A DNA stretch of 42,655 nt from Desulfobacteraceae bacterium (GTDB lineage: Bacteria > Desulfobacterota > Desulfobacteria > Desulfobacterales > SURF-7): NCBI GenBank assembly GCA_030618465.1, contig JAUXDD010000002.1, forward strand, positions 1 to 42,655, given 5' to 3'. Of the stretch, positions 8,852 to 18,956 are shown in pieces (within the stretch, counting starts at the first letter, position 1; the number at the start of each line of letters is the position of its first letter). The translations under genes and the position numbers were made by a program. Under the pieces are notes generated by a model, which saw only the letters and a program-made list of their open reading frames with translations, ran no database searches and was not told the origin of the DNA.

Positions 8852-9466
8852 TCAGCCGGTCTGGCCTTTGTATACTTCATCAAACAGCGCCTCAGGAGTT
8901 GAAATTGAGCTGTTTTGCTCCAATGCATCTTCGATTAACTGCCTGGCATCAGTACTTTTATGGCCAAGCTGAGTAACCAGCACATTAAACACCTTGTCAA
9001 CAAAATCTCCGGTATAAACCGCTTTTATTTTCTCATCCTTGCGGATCAGGGCGAATTTATTAACCTTTCCTTCAAGTGTTGCAATTATTTTCTGGGCTGT
9101 CCGTTTTCCAATCCCGTTTAACCGCTGAAGCTCCCCGGCATCTTTTGTTTCAATCGCCCTGGCAATATCACACACAGGACAACTCATGGCTTTAACGGCT
9201 TTTAACGGACCGATGGCCTCGACTGAAATAAAATGTTGAAAAAATTCTTTTTCCGCCTCCAGGTTAAACCCGATCAGCACCGGTTTTGGCTGCCGTTCGG
9301 TCTGGTGATAATAAATATAAAGGGAAATTTCATCCCCCACATCTTTTGATTCTATGGTACCCATTATCACAGACGGGAGAAGAACTTCGTATCCCACCTG
9401 GTTCGCAAGCAGAAGGATGCGGTCGTCTTCTTTCTTTAATAGTACTCCCTCAAGATATCCGATCAT
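8852..9466 (-). CDS. ruvA: Holliday junction DNA helicase subunit RuvA
   Basis: MIGYLEGVLLKK... is a canonical RuvA N-terminus. HhH region LNGIGKRTAQKII. 204 aa. Confidence 0.9.
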   Translation of the reverse strand: MIGYLEGVLLKKEDDRILLLANQVGYEVLLPSVIMGTIESKDVGDEISLYIYYHQTERQPKPVLIGFNLEAEKEFFQHFISVEAIGPLKAVKAMSCPVCDIARAIETKDAGELQRLNGIGKRTAQKIIATLEGKVNKFALIRKDEKIKAVYTGDFVDKVFNVLVTQLGHKSTDARQLIEDALEQNSSISTPEALFDEVYKGQTG

Positions 9467-9474
9467 ATTTTATA

Positions 9475-10002
9475 CTATTTAATATTCTTTTGCCGGGCCG
9501 ATGTTCCTGTTTTAAACAGCAATTCGTTTTCATAGCGAAAAAGACCTATAAGCGCTAAAGCCAGCGCATCTGAAGAATGGTTGGGCCGAATCGGGACAGG
9601 ATGGTTTAATAGATGCCGCACAGACTTTTCCAGCTGTATTTTACTTGCATTACCATTCCCGGTGATGACCTGCTTGGCTTCACGGACCGAAACTTCCATT
9701 ACAGGAAGACCGGCCTGGAATCCGGCCAGGAGAATAACACCGCTGACCTTTCCCAGTGTAATCCCGGATTTTGGATATTTCTCCATGGAAAACACATCTT
9801 CAACAACCATGATATCCGGGTTTTCATCCTTTAAAATATCAAGGATCTTTACAAAAATCTCATCAAGACGGGAAGGAAGAGCAGTATCTTTTGACGTATC
9901 AATACTACCAAAGGAATAGCTGTCAACTTTAAATCCTGTCCCGCTGGCCAGTCCGATACCTGTTGCTGCCAGTCCGGGATCTATGCCGATTATTTTTACC
10001 AT
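9475..10002 (-). CDS. ruvC: Crossover junction endodeoxyribonuclease RuvC
   Basis: IIGIDPGLAATGIG is an RNase H-fold N-terminus. 175 aa, adjacent to ruvA. Confidence 0.9.
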   Translation of the reverse strand: MVKIIGIDPGLAATGIGLASGTGFKVDSYSFGSIDTSKDTALPSRLDEIFVKILDILKDENPDIMVVEDVFSMEKYPKSGITLGKVSGVILLAGFQAGLPVMEVSVREAKQVITGNGNASKIQLEKSVRHLLNHPVPIRPNHSSDALALALIGLFRYENELLFKTGTSARQKNIK

Positions 10003-10102
10003 AAATCCGGCTATTTAGTGTCTGAACGAAAATGAATATTTTGAGGATTAAAATTTTTATCTGACACCGAAATTGGGGGAATCAGGCGTTTCCGTTCAGG
10101 CA

Positions 10103-10957
10103 CTATTTATATCCCTTCAATTTCTTTTTGGCCACACCCGCTTCATTTGATTCGGGAAATTTCCGGATCAATTCATTTAACACAAGACGCGCATTTGCCT
10201 TTTCATCAAGATTATGAAACGATAACCCCTGTTTTAAATACGCTGCGGGTACCTTATTGCCTTTGGGGTAGTTTATGATCACCTTCTGGTATTCCAGAAT
10301 GGCTTTTTCATACCATTTTTCCTTGTAAAAAATCTCACCCGTCCAGAATTGAGCATTATCTGCATTTTTTGATTTCGGGAATTTATCCAGATATGTCTGA
10401 AATCCATTTATAGCACCTTCAAAATCACCCTGATCAAACTTTTTCTTCGACCGGGCGTATAACTCCTGCTCAGGCATTTCCCCCTGAGACAGTTTTTTCT
10501 TATTTGCGCTTTTTTTCATGGCGGACTTGATATCGCTCTTTTTTACAATCTCAAGTCCCAGATACTCTTCCAGTTTTGCCAGGCGGTCCGAATTTTTGGT
10601 AACGGATGTATCCAAACCGGTTACCCTTTTTTTGTTGGCTCTATCAGAATCACTTTTACGGTTTATTGCGTATTCAATCTCTTCCAGCCTGCCGTTTATT
10701 GCCTGGGCGTCTTCCCTGAGTTTGTCAACTGTAACCCGCAAACCGGCATATTGATCTCTTAATGCCTGCTCCTTCTGGCTGCGAGATACATCATAATCTA
10801 TTAACCGGGAATCAATTTCACTGTTCTTTTTCCTGGATGAGGAATTCGTTTTTTCAAGTAATGCAATTCTGTCATCCAGCACCGCAAGGTCTCTGTCCAT
10901 GGCGCATCCGCTGCAAATTACAATACAAATTGTAATGATAAGATTTATAACTTTCAT
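10103..10957 (-). CDS. cpoB: Tol-Pal system protein CpoB/YbgF (coiled coil + TPR)
   Basis: Lipoprotein-like signal peptide, coiled-coil N-terminal half, and a C-terminal TPR-like region (YARSKKKFDQGDFEGAINGFQTYLDKFPKSKNADNAQFW...). It lies downstream of pal. Confidence 0.8.
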   Translation of the reverse strand: MKVINLIITICIVICSGCAMDRDLAVLDDRIALLEKTNSSSRKKNSEIDSRLIDYDVSRSQKEQALRDQYAGLRVTVDKLREDAQAINGRLEEIEYAINRKSDSDRANKKRVTGLDTSVTKNSDRLAKLEEYLGLEIVKKSDIKSAMKKSANKKKLSQGEMPEQELYARSKKKFDQGDFEGAINGFQTYLDKFPKSKNADNAQFWTGEIFYKEKWYEKAILEYQKVIINYPKGNKVPAAYLKQGLSFHNLDEKANARLVLNELIRKFPESNEAGVAKKKLKGYK

Positions 10958-11244
10958 GGCAGATAATAAATATGAACTGTTATTATACGATAGCGATTAT
11001 ATTATAGCTCTATCCATTGCCGGGAACACGAATCCCCGGGTAAGGACTCCATAATGCTGGTCTGCATATCCGGCATCTCACTCCAAACGGCTCTATTCCG
11101 GTGGAGGGGAATTGAAACAGCAAACCAGCATAAATATTATAGTGTGGTTCATACAGCTTTCGAGTCTTCCCGTGTCCGCGGAGTCAACCAAACCAGGCAG
11201 ACAATGGCTTCACCTTTGTAGTAAACCCGCTTCCGTTCAGAAAG

Positions 11245-11814
11245 TTAATCGATTGCAAAATGTGCCCGCCTGTTCTTTACCCAGGCTTCTTCGTTGTTGC
11301 CGGGATAAATAGGCTGTTCTTCACCGTAACTGATCGTTGACATGCGGGTACCATCAATTCCCAGATCCTCTAAAAATACTTTTACGCTTTGAGCACGCCT
11401 GTCACCAAGGGCAAGGTTATACTCAGTCGTACCGCGTTCGTCACAATGCCCTTCCACAATAGCCTTTACATCCGGAGTGGCCTGCATCCATACGGCTTTT
11501 CTTCTTAAAATATCCTGTGCTTCGGGTGTCAGAACAGACTGATCATAGTCAAAATAGACATCCTCATTTAAAAACATCTCCCTGGCTTCTTTTGCCTGGC
11601 GCATGATCTCTGCTTCCTCAAGAGCGCGTTGTTTTGCCAGTTCCTCTTCTTGCTGGGCATCCACATCAGATACATCGGCCTGCTCAGCCGATTCCGGCGG
11701 CTCGGTCTCTATTTCCTTCGGTCCACCACACGATGCAAAAAACAAAAGCCCTGTGATTGCAACCACCACTAACAAACCCATCCATAAATTCTTCATCTTT
11801 TTTTCTCCTTTCAT
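11245..11814 (-). CDS. pal: Peptidoglycan-associated lipoprotein Pal (OmpA-like domain)
   Basis: Lipobox LFFASC, then an OmpA-C-like core (VYFDYDQSVLTPEAQDILRRKA..., EGHCDERGTTEYNLALGDRRAQSV). Confidence 0.9.
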   Translation of the reverse strand: MKGEKKMKNLWMGLLVVVAITGLLFFASCGGPKEIETEPPESAEQADVSDVDAQQEEELAKQRALEEAEIMRQAKEAREMFLNEDVYFDYDQSVLTPEAQDILRRKAVWMQATPDVKAIVEGHCDERGTTEYNLALGDRRAQSVKVFLEDLGIDGTRMSTISYGEEQPIYPGNNEEAWVKNRRAHFAID

Positions 11815-11823
11815 GTTTAACAG

Positions 11824-13161
11824 TTAATTGTTGGTAATATTTGACGACCATTTCGGATTCGTCTGCTCACCCGGCAAGGCAAGCAGACGCCGCTGATCGG
11901 TGCCAAACGACGTCATTACATAGATCCTGGCCTTGCCTTCACGTGTTGAACCGAAAACAATAAGCGTCCCGTCAGGAGACCACGCAGGCGATTCATTATC
12001 ACCGGCTTCACAGGTTAAACGGAGGGGCTGTTTGTCTTTAATATTTACAACATAAATATCAAAATGCCCATCACCGAGAGAGGAATAAGCAATTTTATCA
12101 CCTGCGGGAGACCAACTCGGTGTTGTGTTGTATTGCCCCTCAAAGGTTACTCTCTCCACCTGTTCGTTATCCAAATGTTTAATATAAATCTGCGGTGTTC
12201 CTGATCTCTGTGAAACAAAGGCCATTTTATGACCGTCTGGAGAAAACGATGGGGAGACATCGATTCCCCATTGTCTTGTCAGTCTTTTAATAATTTTTCC
12301 GGTCCCGGTCAACATATAAATTTCCGGATCTCCTGAAAATGAGAATGTTGCCGCCAGGGCGAATTTACCTGGAATCCATGCCGGTGATATATTTACCCCC
12401 TTGAGGGCAACAACAAATCCGCGTTTTTCCGTTAAATGTTTGATATAAAGATCCGGATTACCGTTTTTATAATCTGTATAGGCTATCCACTTGCCGTCAT
12501 ATGACCATGCCGGGGACAGTGTAATACTTTTTGTATGGGTGATCTGCCTGGCATTATACCCGTCAAAGTCACATATAAATATATCCTTGTTTCCCGGGCC
12601 TGTGGATTCAAATGCAATTTTACTTTCAAATATCCCCCGCTTTCCTGTGAATTCATAAATAACCGCACCGCAGAACTTACGGATGATTTGCCGTAAATCC
12701 GCCTGTTGCCCTTTGTATCGTTTTCCGATAAGCAAACGATTCTTAAATGTATCAAACAGTCTCAATTCAATTTCAATGACACCATCTTTTATAAGAATAC
12801 CACCTGTTATCAAAAGCTCCGCACCGATTCCGGTCCAGTTTAAAAAATTGATCTGTGATTCAATAATTCCAGCCTTCCGGGTATCCTCCAGGAAAGACGC
12901 ATGATCCATTATCTTGAAGAAGCCTGTAAACTCTAGTGTCTCCGATAGCAGTTGAGAGCCGTTTTCAGATATTTTCTGTTCATTACCGCTGGCGGACATG
13001 GATTTAAAATGGGGTACGGCAATGGGAATTTTTCTTAGAAACGGGTTTGATATGTCAATATAATCATATTTTGCCGGGCAAAATCCCGGCATAAAAAGAA
13101 CCAGCATCGTCGTAATTAATATAATCGTTCCGCATCGTCTTCCGACCAATTCAAAATTCAT
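11824..13161 (-). CDS. tolB: Tol-Pal system beta-propeller protein TolB
   Basis: 445 aa with repeated SP(A/S)WSPDG propeller blades (SPAWSYDGKWIAY, SPSFSPDGHKMAF, TPSWSPAGDKIAY, SPAWSPDGTLIVF). Confidence 0.9.
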   Translation of the reverse strand: MNFELVGRRCGTIILITTMLVLFMPGFCPAKYDYIDISNPFLRKIPIAVPHFKSMSASGNEQKISENGSQLLSETLEFTGFFKIMDHASFLEDTRKAGIIESQINFLNWTGIGAELLITGGILIKDGVIEIELRLFDTFKNRLLIGKRYKGQQADLRQIIRKFCGAVIYEFTGKRGIFESKIAFESTGPGNKDIFICDFDGYNARQITHTKSITLSPAWSYDGKWIAYTDYKNGNPDLYIKHLTEKRGFVVALKGVNISPAWIPGKFALAATFSFSGDPEIYMLTGTGKIIKRLTRQWGIDVSPSFSPDGHKMAFVSQRSGTPQIYIKHLDNEQVERVTFEGQYNTTPSWSPAGDKIAYSSLGDGHFDIYVVNIKDKQPLRLTCEAGDNESPAWSPDGTLIVFGSTREGKARIYVMTSFGTDQRRLLALPGEQTNPKWSSNITNN

Positions 13162-13193
13162 ATTTAATATTAATACAATCCCTAAAATATTTG

Positions 13194-14000
13194 CTATTTT
13201 AAGCCGGAAGGAGTAAATCTCAGGCCAATTTCGTAATAATGTCCTGTAAATTCAGGAGGAAGCGACGGTAATGGATTTGATTTCAAAACAGCTTTTTCTG
13301 CCTGGTCATCAAAAGAACCGTCTCCCGACTTTTTATCAAACCATATATCACGGATTTCACCGTCCGGCATAATTTTCATCCCTATCTTGGTTTCCAGCTC
13401 CGCGTCCCTACCCGCAAACTGGAGCGGCAATGCCCAATTTTTCTGAATCAGTGAAAATATTTCAGCATTATAAATCTCCAACCGGGTAATCGCTCTTTTC
13501 CCGGACAACCCTCTCCCCGACGGCAATCGGCCATTGTTTAAGAAAGCATCCTTTTCAACCTTACCCCTCAACCGGTCAAACACCCTGTCCAAATGATCCG
13601 GCCGTGAATCTTCAACCTTTTTTTCAATATTCCGGATAGCGCTGTCAACTACTTTTGATGATTTATATGTCTTTTTTTTTAATGATTTTTTGGCTTTTTT
13701 CTTTGTTGACGTTTTTTTATCAATGGTAACCGCATTTTTTGATGATGATTGAACAACCTTCTTTTTTTTCTGCCTCACGGACGTTATGTCCTTCACCGTA
13801 CCAGCCGGCCGTTGTGTTGGTATTGAAACCAGATCCACATTAATAACAGACGGCACAAAACTTCTTTGATGGGTATTCACCGGTGCAGTGATAACTATAA
13901 TGAACGCTATAAAATGGCATATTGCTGAAACACCAAAAAACAGGCTCCACACACGAAAATCATTTCCCGCATTATTCAGCAACGAAGCATTTAAATACAT
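13194..14000 (-). CDS. tolA: TolA-like/TonB-family energy transducer
   Basis: N-terminal TM helix, Lys-rich linker, and a C-terminal TonB_C/TolA-like domain. It sits between tolR and tolB. Confidence 0.6.
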   Translation of the reverse strand: MYLNASLLNNAGNDFRVWSLFFGVSAICHFIAFIIVITAPVNTHQRSFVPSVINVDLVSIPTQRPAGTVKDITSVRQKKKKVVQSSSKNAVTIDKKTSTKKKAKKSLKKKTYKSSKVVDSAIRNIEKKVEDSRPDHLDRVFDRLRGKVEKDAFLNNGRLPSGRGLSGKRAITRLEIYNAEIFSLIQKNWALPLQFAGRDAELETKIGMKIMPDGEIRDIWFDKKSGDGSFDDQAEKAVLKSNPLPSLPPEFTGHYYEIGLRFTPSGLK

Positions 14001-14077
14001 AACTTAATTCAGCTGGTGTCTGTTAATAGTGTTCAAATTCCCGGAATATGCCACCCAGCTTAATCATTTTTACAGTT

Positions 14078-14491
14078 TTACTTTTTTTCATCAACCGGTT
14101 CCGTCAACATCCCGAGTTTCTCAATTCCGGCACCTTTAATTTCAGACATGACCAGGACGACCATGCCGTAGGGTATATCTTTATCCGCCCTCAACAACAC
14201 TTCCCGGTTCTTCCGGGTCTCAAGAATTTTACTCAATTTTTCCTTGAGAAAATCAACCGTTACCTGCAAATCATTTATATACACCTGTTTTTTCTTATCT
14301 ATACTGACAACCAAACGCTCATCATCGATAGATACAGGACCGGATTCAACCTGCGGCAGGGAGACATCAACCCCCTGAACCATCATGGGGGTAGTGACCA
14401 TGAAAATAATCAAAAGAACCAGCATGACATCCACAAACGGTGTCACATTAATCTCAGACATCAATCTATCATCACCGCCGCCCGGCTTCAT
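14078..14491 (-). CDS. tolR: TolR/ExbD family protein
   Basis: EINVTPFVDVMLVLLIIFMV is the ExbD/TolR signature. 137 aa, with a 4-nt overlap with tolQ. Confidence 0.85.
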   Translation of the reverse strand: MKPGGGDDRLMSEINVTPFVDVMLVLLIIFMVTTPMMVQGVDVSLPQVESGPVSIDDERLVVSIDKKKQVYINDLQVTVDFLKEKLSKILETRKNREVLLRADKDIPYGMVVLVMSEIKGAGIEKLGMLTEPVDEKK

Positions 14492-15222
14492 TTGCTTTTC
14501 TCCTTTGCCCGCATCAGATCCCTTTCAACTATATTTAAAAAATCTGCGGAAAAGCTATTGAGTTCAGATTCAATAACCCTGATTTTCTGTGTAAAATAGT
14601 TGAACGCCATCACAGCCGGTATGGCCACAGCCAGGCCGGCAGCCGTTGCAACCAGTGCTTCTGAAATACCCGGGGCCACAACCGCCAGAGAGGCCGATCC
14701 CCTTTGCCCGATACCGTGAAAAGAATTCATGATTCCCCAAACGGTTCCAAACAGCCCGATAAACGGTGCCGTATTTCCCGTTGTAGCAAGAAAGGGCACC
14801 ATCTGGGTCAGCCTGGTAATTTCCGTATTGATCGCCCGGCGCAAGGCCCGCTTAACATTATCTGTGCCGGCAAACATGGAACTCAAAGATGCCATATCCG
14901 CCTCTGGAGGTGATTGCGATGCAACCGGCGCACCGGAACGGCTCAACTTTTTCAGTTCCATATAACCAATGCGGAAAACCCTGGCAACCGGACTGGAACG
15001 AAGTACTTTTGCCTTTGCAAAGGCATCTGAAAAATCCCGGCTCTTCCAGAAATAATCAATAAACATGGAGGATTCACTGAACGACTTTTTTATATAGCGG
15101 TATTTGATCAGTATTATTGCCCATGAAGAAACAGAAAAAAAAAGAAGGAGAAGAAGAACAAACTGGACCATGAGCCCTGCATTCAGGAACATCTGCACCA
15201 GATCAATCTTAGCGGGAACCAT
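14488..15222 (-). CDS. tolQ: TolQ/ExbB (MotA family proton channel)
   Basis: 244 aa with three TM segments. The TAPFIGLFGTVWGIMNSF motif is typical of the MotA/TolQ/ExbB family. Confidence 0.85.
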   Translation of the reverse strand: MVPAKIDLVQMFLNAGLMVQFVLLLLLFFSVSSWAIILIKYRYIKKSFSESSMFIDYFWKSRDFSDAFAKAKVLRSSPVARVFRIGYMELKKLSRSGAPVASQSPPEADMASLSSMFAGTDNVKRALRRAINTEITRLTQMVPFLATTGNTAPFIGLFGTVWGIMNSFHGIGQRGSASLAVVAPGISEALVATAAGLAVAIPAVMAFNYFTQKIRVIESELNSFSADFLNIVERDLMRAKEKSK

Positions 15223-15275
15223 TCACTCACTCCGGATTATAATATTAAATTCAGAACTATATGCGGACGGTGTCT

Positions 15276-15304
15276 AAAATATCGAGTTTTTGCCTGAATG
15301 TCAA
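15276..15304 (-). promoter_or_regulatory. Candidate sigma70 promoter for the tolQ operon
   Basis: Minus strand reads TTGACA (15304-15299), a 17-nt spacer containing ggcaaaaa, then TATTTT (15281-15276). It lies about 55 nt upstream of the tolQ start. Confidence 0.45.
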
Positions 15305-15400
15305 GAAATTTGGGATACCCGAGAGAAAAATCACCCCTTTTGGGGAAATTATTCCATCCTGAATTTTGAAATATTCCTGATCAAACAAACTGTTTTCAAT

Positions 15401-15434
15401 AAAAAACCCCCATGCATTATGCATGAGGGTTTTT
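15401..15434 (-). terminator. Rho-independent terminator after groEL (possibly bidirectional)
   Basis: Stem cccccatgca (15407-15416) pairs with tgcatgaggg (15420-15429), with one mismatch. It is flanked by an A-run on plus (a T-run on minus) and a T-run on plus. Confidence 0.65.
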
Positions 15435-15484
15435 AATGGTTATAATATCACATATTTTTTAAACGTCACAGGCTGAAAGGCATC

Positions 15485-17164
<1,680 letters not shown>

Positions 17165-17168
17165 TTAA

Positions 17169-17456
17169 TTATTCAACAACTCCAAGAACATCGTCTTCAC
17201 GCATAATAAGATATTCTTCACCCTCAATTTTTACATCCGTACCGCCATACTTTCCAAAAAGAATTCGATCTCCCTTTTTAATTTCCAGGGGAACTCTCTT
17301 GCCGTCATCGCCCACTTTGCCTTTACCGACAGCGATTACATTTCCTTCAATCGGTTTTTCCTTAGCTGTGTCAGGGATAATGATACCCCCTTTTGTGGTT
17401 GCTTCCTCTGCGACACGCTGTACCAGAATACGATCCTGTAATGGTCTTAGTTTCAT
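17169..17456 (-). CDS. groES: Co-chaperonin GroES
   Basis: [18 protein letters not shown]... is canonical GroES. The start is chosen at ATG 17456, which has an AAGGAGAA SD. The track ORF extends 9 codons further, to 17483. Confidence 0.95.
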   Translation of the reverse strand: MKLRPLQDRILVQRVAEEATTKGGIIIPDTAKEKPIEGNVIAVGKGKVGDDGKRVPLEIKKGDRILFGKYGGTDVKIEGEEYLIMREDDVLGVVE

Positions 17457-17657
17457 GCTAATTTTCTCCTTTTCTTTAGACACATTGACTTCAAATTTTC
17501 ATACAGCAATAACGTACAAACGTTTATTGCCGCCATAAAATCTAAAACTAGTTTTTCAATCTTTAAGTAGTATCTGATTTAACAAGGACATAAAGAATGA
17601 TTATTCCAGAAAAAATAATCACATTTTTTAATTTGTAAAGGGGATGCTTAAAAAAAA

Positions 17658-17933
17658 TTATTCTGAAGCTTTATCCGCTTTTTTTTCTGTCTTTTTGGTT
17701 TCTTTTTTCGACGTCTCTGCTTTCTTTTCAGAAGAATTGGAAGATTTACCGGGCTCGCCTGCATAATCCGTTACATACCATCCGGAACCCTTAAGATGAA
17801 ACGCGCTATGGGATATGAGTTTCTGCAGTTTGCCTGAGCAGTGTTCGCATTTTGCAAGAGGTTTGTCGGAAAAGTTCTGTAAGGCCTCTATCTGGCTGTG
17901 GCATTTCGTGCATTCATATTCATAAATCGGCAT
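17658..17933 (-). CDS. FmdB-family zinc-ribbon protein
   Basis: MPIYEYECTKCHSQIE...CEHCSG has the CxxC...CxxC FmdB signature, followed by a Lys/Glu-rich tail. The start at 17933 has a GGGAG SD. The track ORF starts at 17996. Confidence 0.8.
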   Translation of the reverse strand: MPIYEYECTKCHSQIEALQNFSDKPLAKCEHCSGKLQKLISHSAFHLKGSGWYVTDYAGEPGKSSNSSEKKAETSKKETKKTEKKADKASE

Positions 17934-18056
17934 TTTAAAATCTCCCTTCCAAATATTTGCTAAGGTAAATTTTTTAACAAAACAAATCCTTAACAAATCT
18001 TCCCGTAAAATAACCTGAAGAGAATATATTCAGTGGTTCCATGTTGTCAAGGTTTA

Positions 18057-18608
18057 TTAATGACATTTTTTTACCAGCTGGACATTGTCTATGGGCAGGG
18101 TCGATTTATTACAAAAATCCAACACCTCCCGTATACCGGCGACTGAATGTTTACTCAATATTTCAAGCGTTTTCTCATGAACACGTGCCTCTTCTGCAAG
18201 CTTTTCCCCAGGGGATGCTTCAAAATTCTGAAGAAATCTGCTGAATCGAATAATATGAACCAGTTCATGAATAATAATGTAAAGGGTAAACGCAAACAGA
18301 TTTAAGCCGGATGTCTTCCTGATTGCTGCAATGATGGAATGGTCCTGAATACAGATTTTGTAAAAATCATAGGATGCGGATCCGAGGGTGGTGTCTTTTT
18401 TTCGGCCCTCATAACGAATAACCTGGGCGAATGCGCCATATATTATTTCGTCCGGGCTAAGGTCAACCATGGTTTTTATATCGTATCTATGGCGCAGCAA
18501 TTGATTGACCGACAGCTTATAGAAATTGCACACAAGCTCCTCGGCCATTTCCACAGATTGATTTACAACCTCTATCTGTTCCTTATTAAATTGTTCAGAC
18601 GTCTCCAT
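18057..18608 (-). CDS. Hypothetical protein with HExxH motif
   Basis: 183 aa, with IIIHELVHIIRF (HExxH) about two thirds into the protein. No further family recognised. Confidence 0.45.
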   Translation of the reverse strand: METSEQFNKEQIEVVNQSVEMAEELVCNFYKLSVNQLLRHRYDIKTMVDLSPDEIIYGAFAQVIRYEGRKKDTTLGSASYDFYKICIQDHSIIAAIRKTSGLNLFAFTLYIIIHELVHIIRFSRFLQNFEASPGEKLAEEARVHEKTLEILSKHSVAGIREVLDFCNKSTLPIDNVQLVKKCH

Positions 18609-18725
18609 ACTCCATAAAAAAATTTCTTAAAAAAATTGTGGACAAACAAACAAATTGATATTAGTATCATTTTTTATTTAACAAGTCATTATAAAATATA
18701 ATTACTAAAGATTGGGGGTGATCTG

Positions 18726-18824
18726 TTGGGCAGCGTTGTTAAAAAAAGAAGAAAGAAAATGCGCAAACATAAACACAGAAAGTTGCTGGCTCGCACACGG
18801 CATCAGAGAAGAAAAGGCAAGTAA
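18726..18824 (+). CDS. bS22-like (AURKAIP1/COX24-type) 32-aa basic micro-protein, TTG start
   Basis: Hand translation from TTG 18726 gives MGSVVKKRRKKMRKHKHRKLLARTRHQRRKGK and a stop at 18822-18824. A GGGGGTGA SD lies 6 nt upstream, and a perfect terminator hairpin follows. It resembles the mycobacterial bS22 sequence as I recall it (MGSVIKKRRKRM..HRKLL..TR.QRR). It is absent from the ORF track because it is too short. Confidence 0.6.
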   Translation: MGSVVKKRRKKMRKHKHRKLLARTRHQRRKGK

Positions 18825-18865
18825 TTAATAATCCAGTCTTTTATATAAAACCTGACCTGAAAATA

Positions 18866-18899
18866 AAAGCGCCCTATAAACTATATAAGGCGCTTTTTT
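18866..18899. terminator. Bidirectional rho-independent terminator between the bS22-like ORF and hflC
   Basis: Perfect 8-bp stem aaagcgcc (18866-18873) / ggcgcttt (18889-18896) with a 15-nt loop, followed by a T-run on plus. An A-rich stretch sits on the other side of the hairpin. The two genes converge here. Confidence 0.7.
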
Positions 18900-18956
18900 G
18901 TTTCGTGATCCTGAAAAAATATCTTTTTTTCCGGAAAGCTCTCTATTATCTCTATT

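Noticed and set aside
11112-11312. A 66-aa plus-strand ORF in the pal-cpoB gap.
   Set aside because: It overlaps the 3' end of pal in antisense, has no SD, and its product is unremarkable. The gap is reported separately as unexplained non-coding sequence.
14048-14599. A 183-aa plus-strand ORF overlapping tolR/tolQ.
   Set aside because: It is antisense to two strongly supported genes, and its product has no recognisable motifs.
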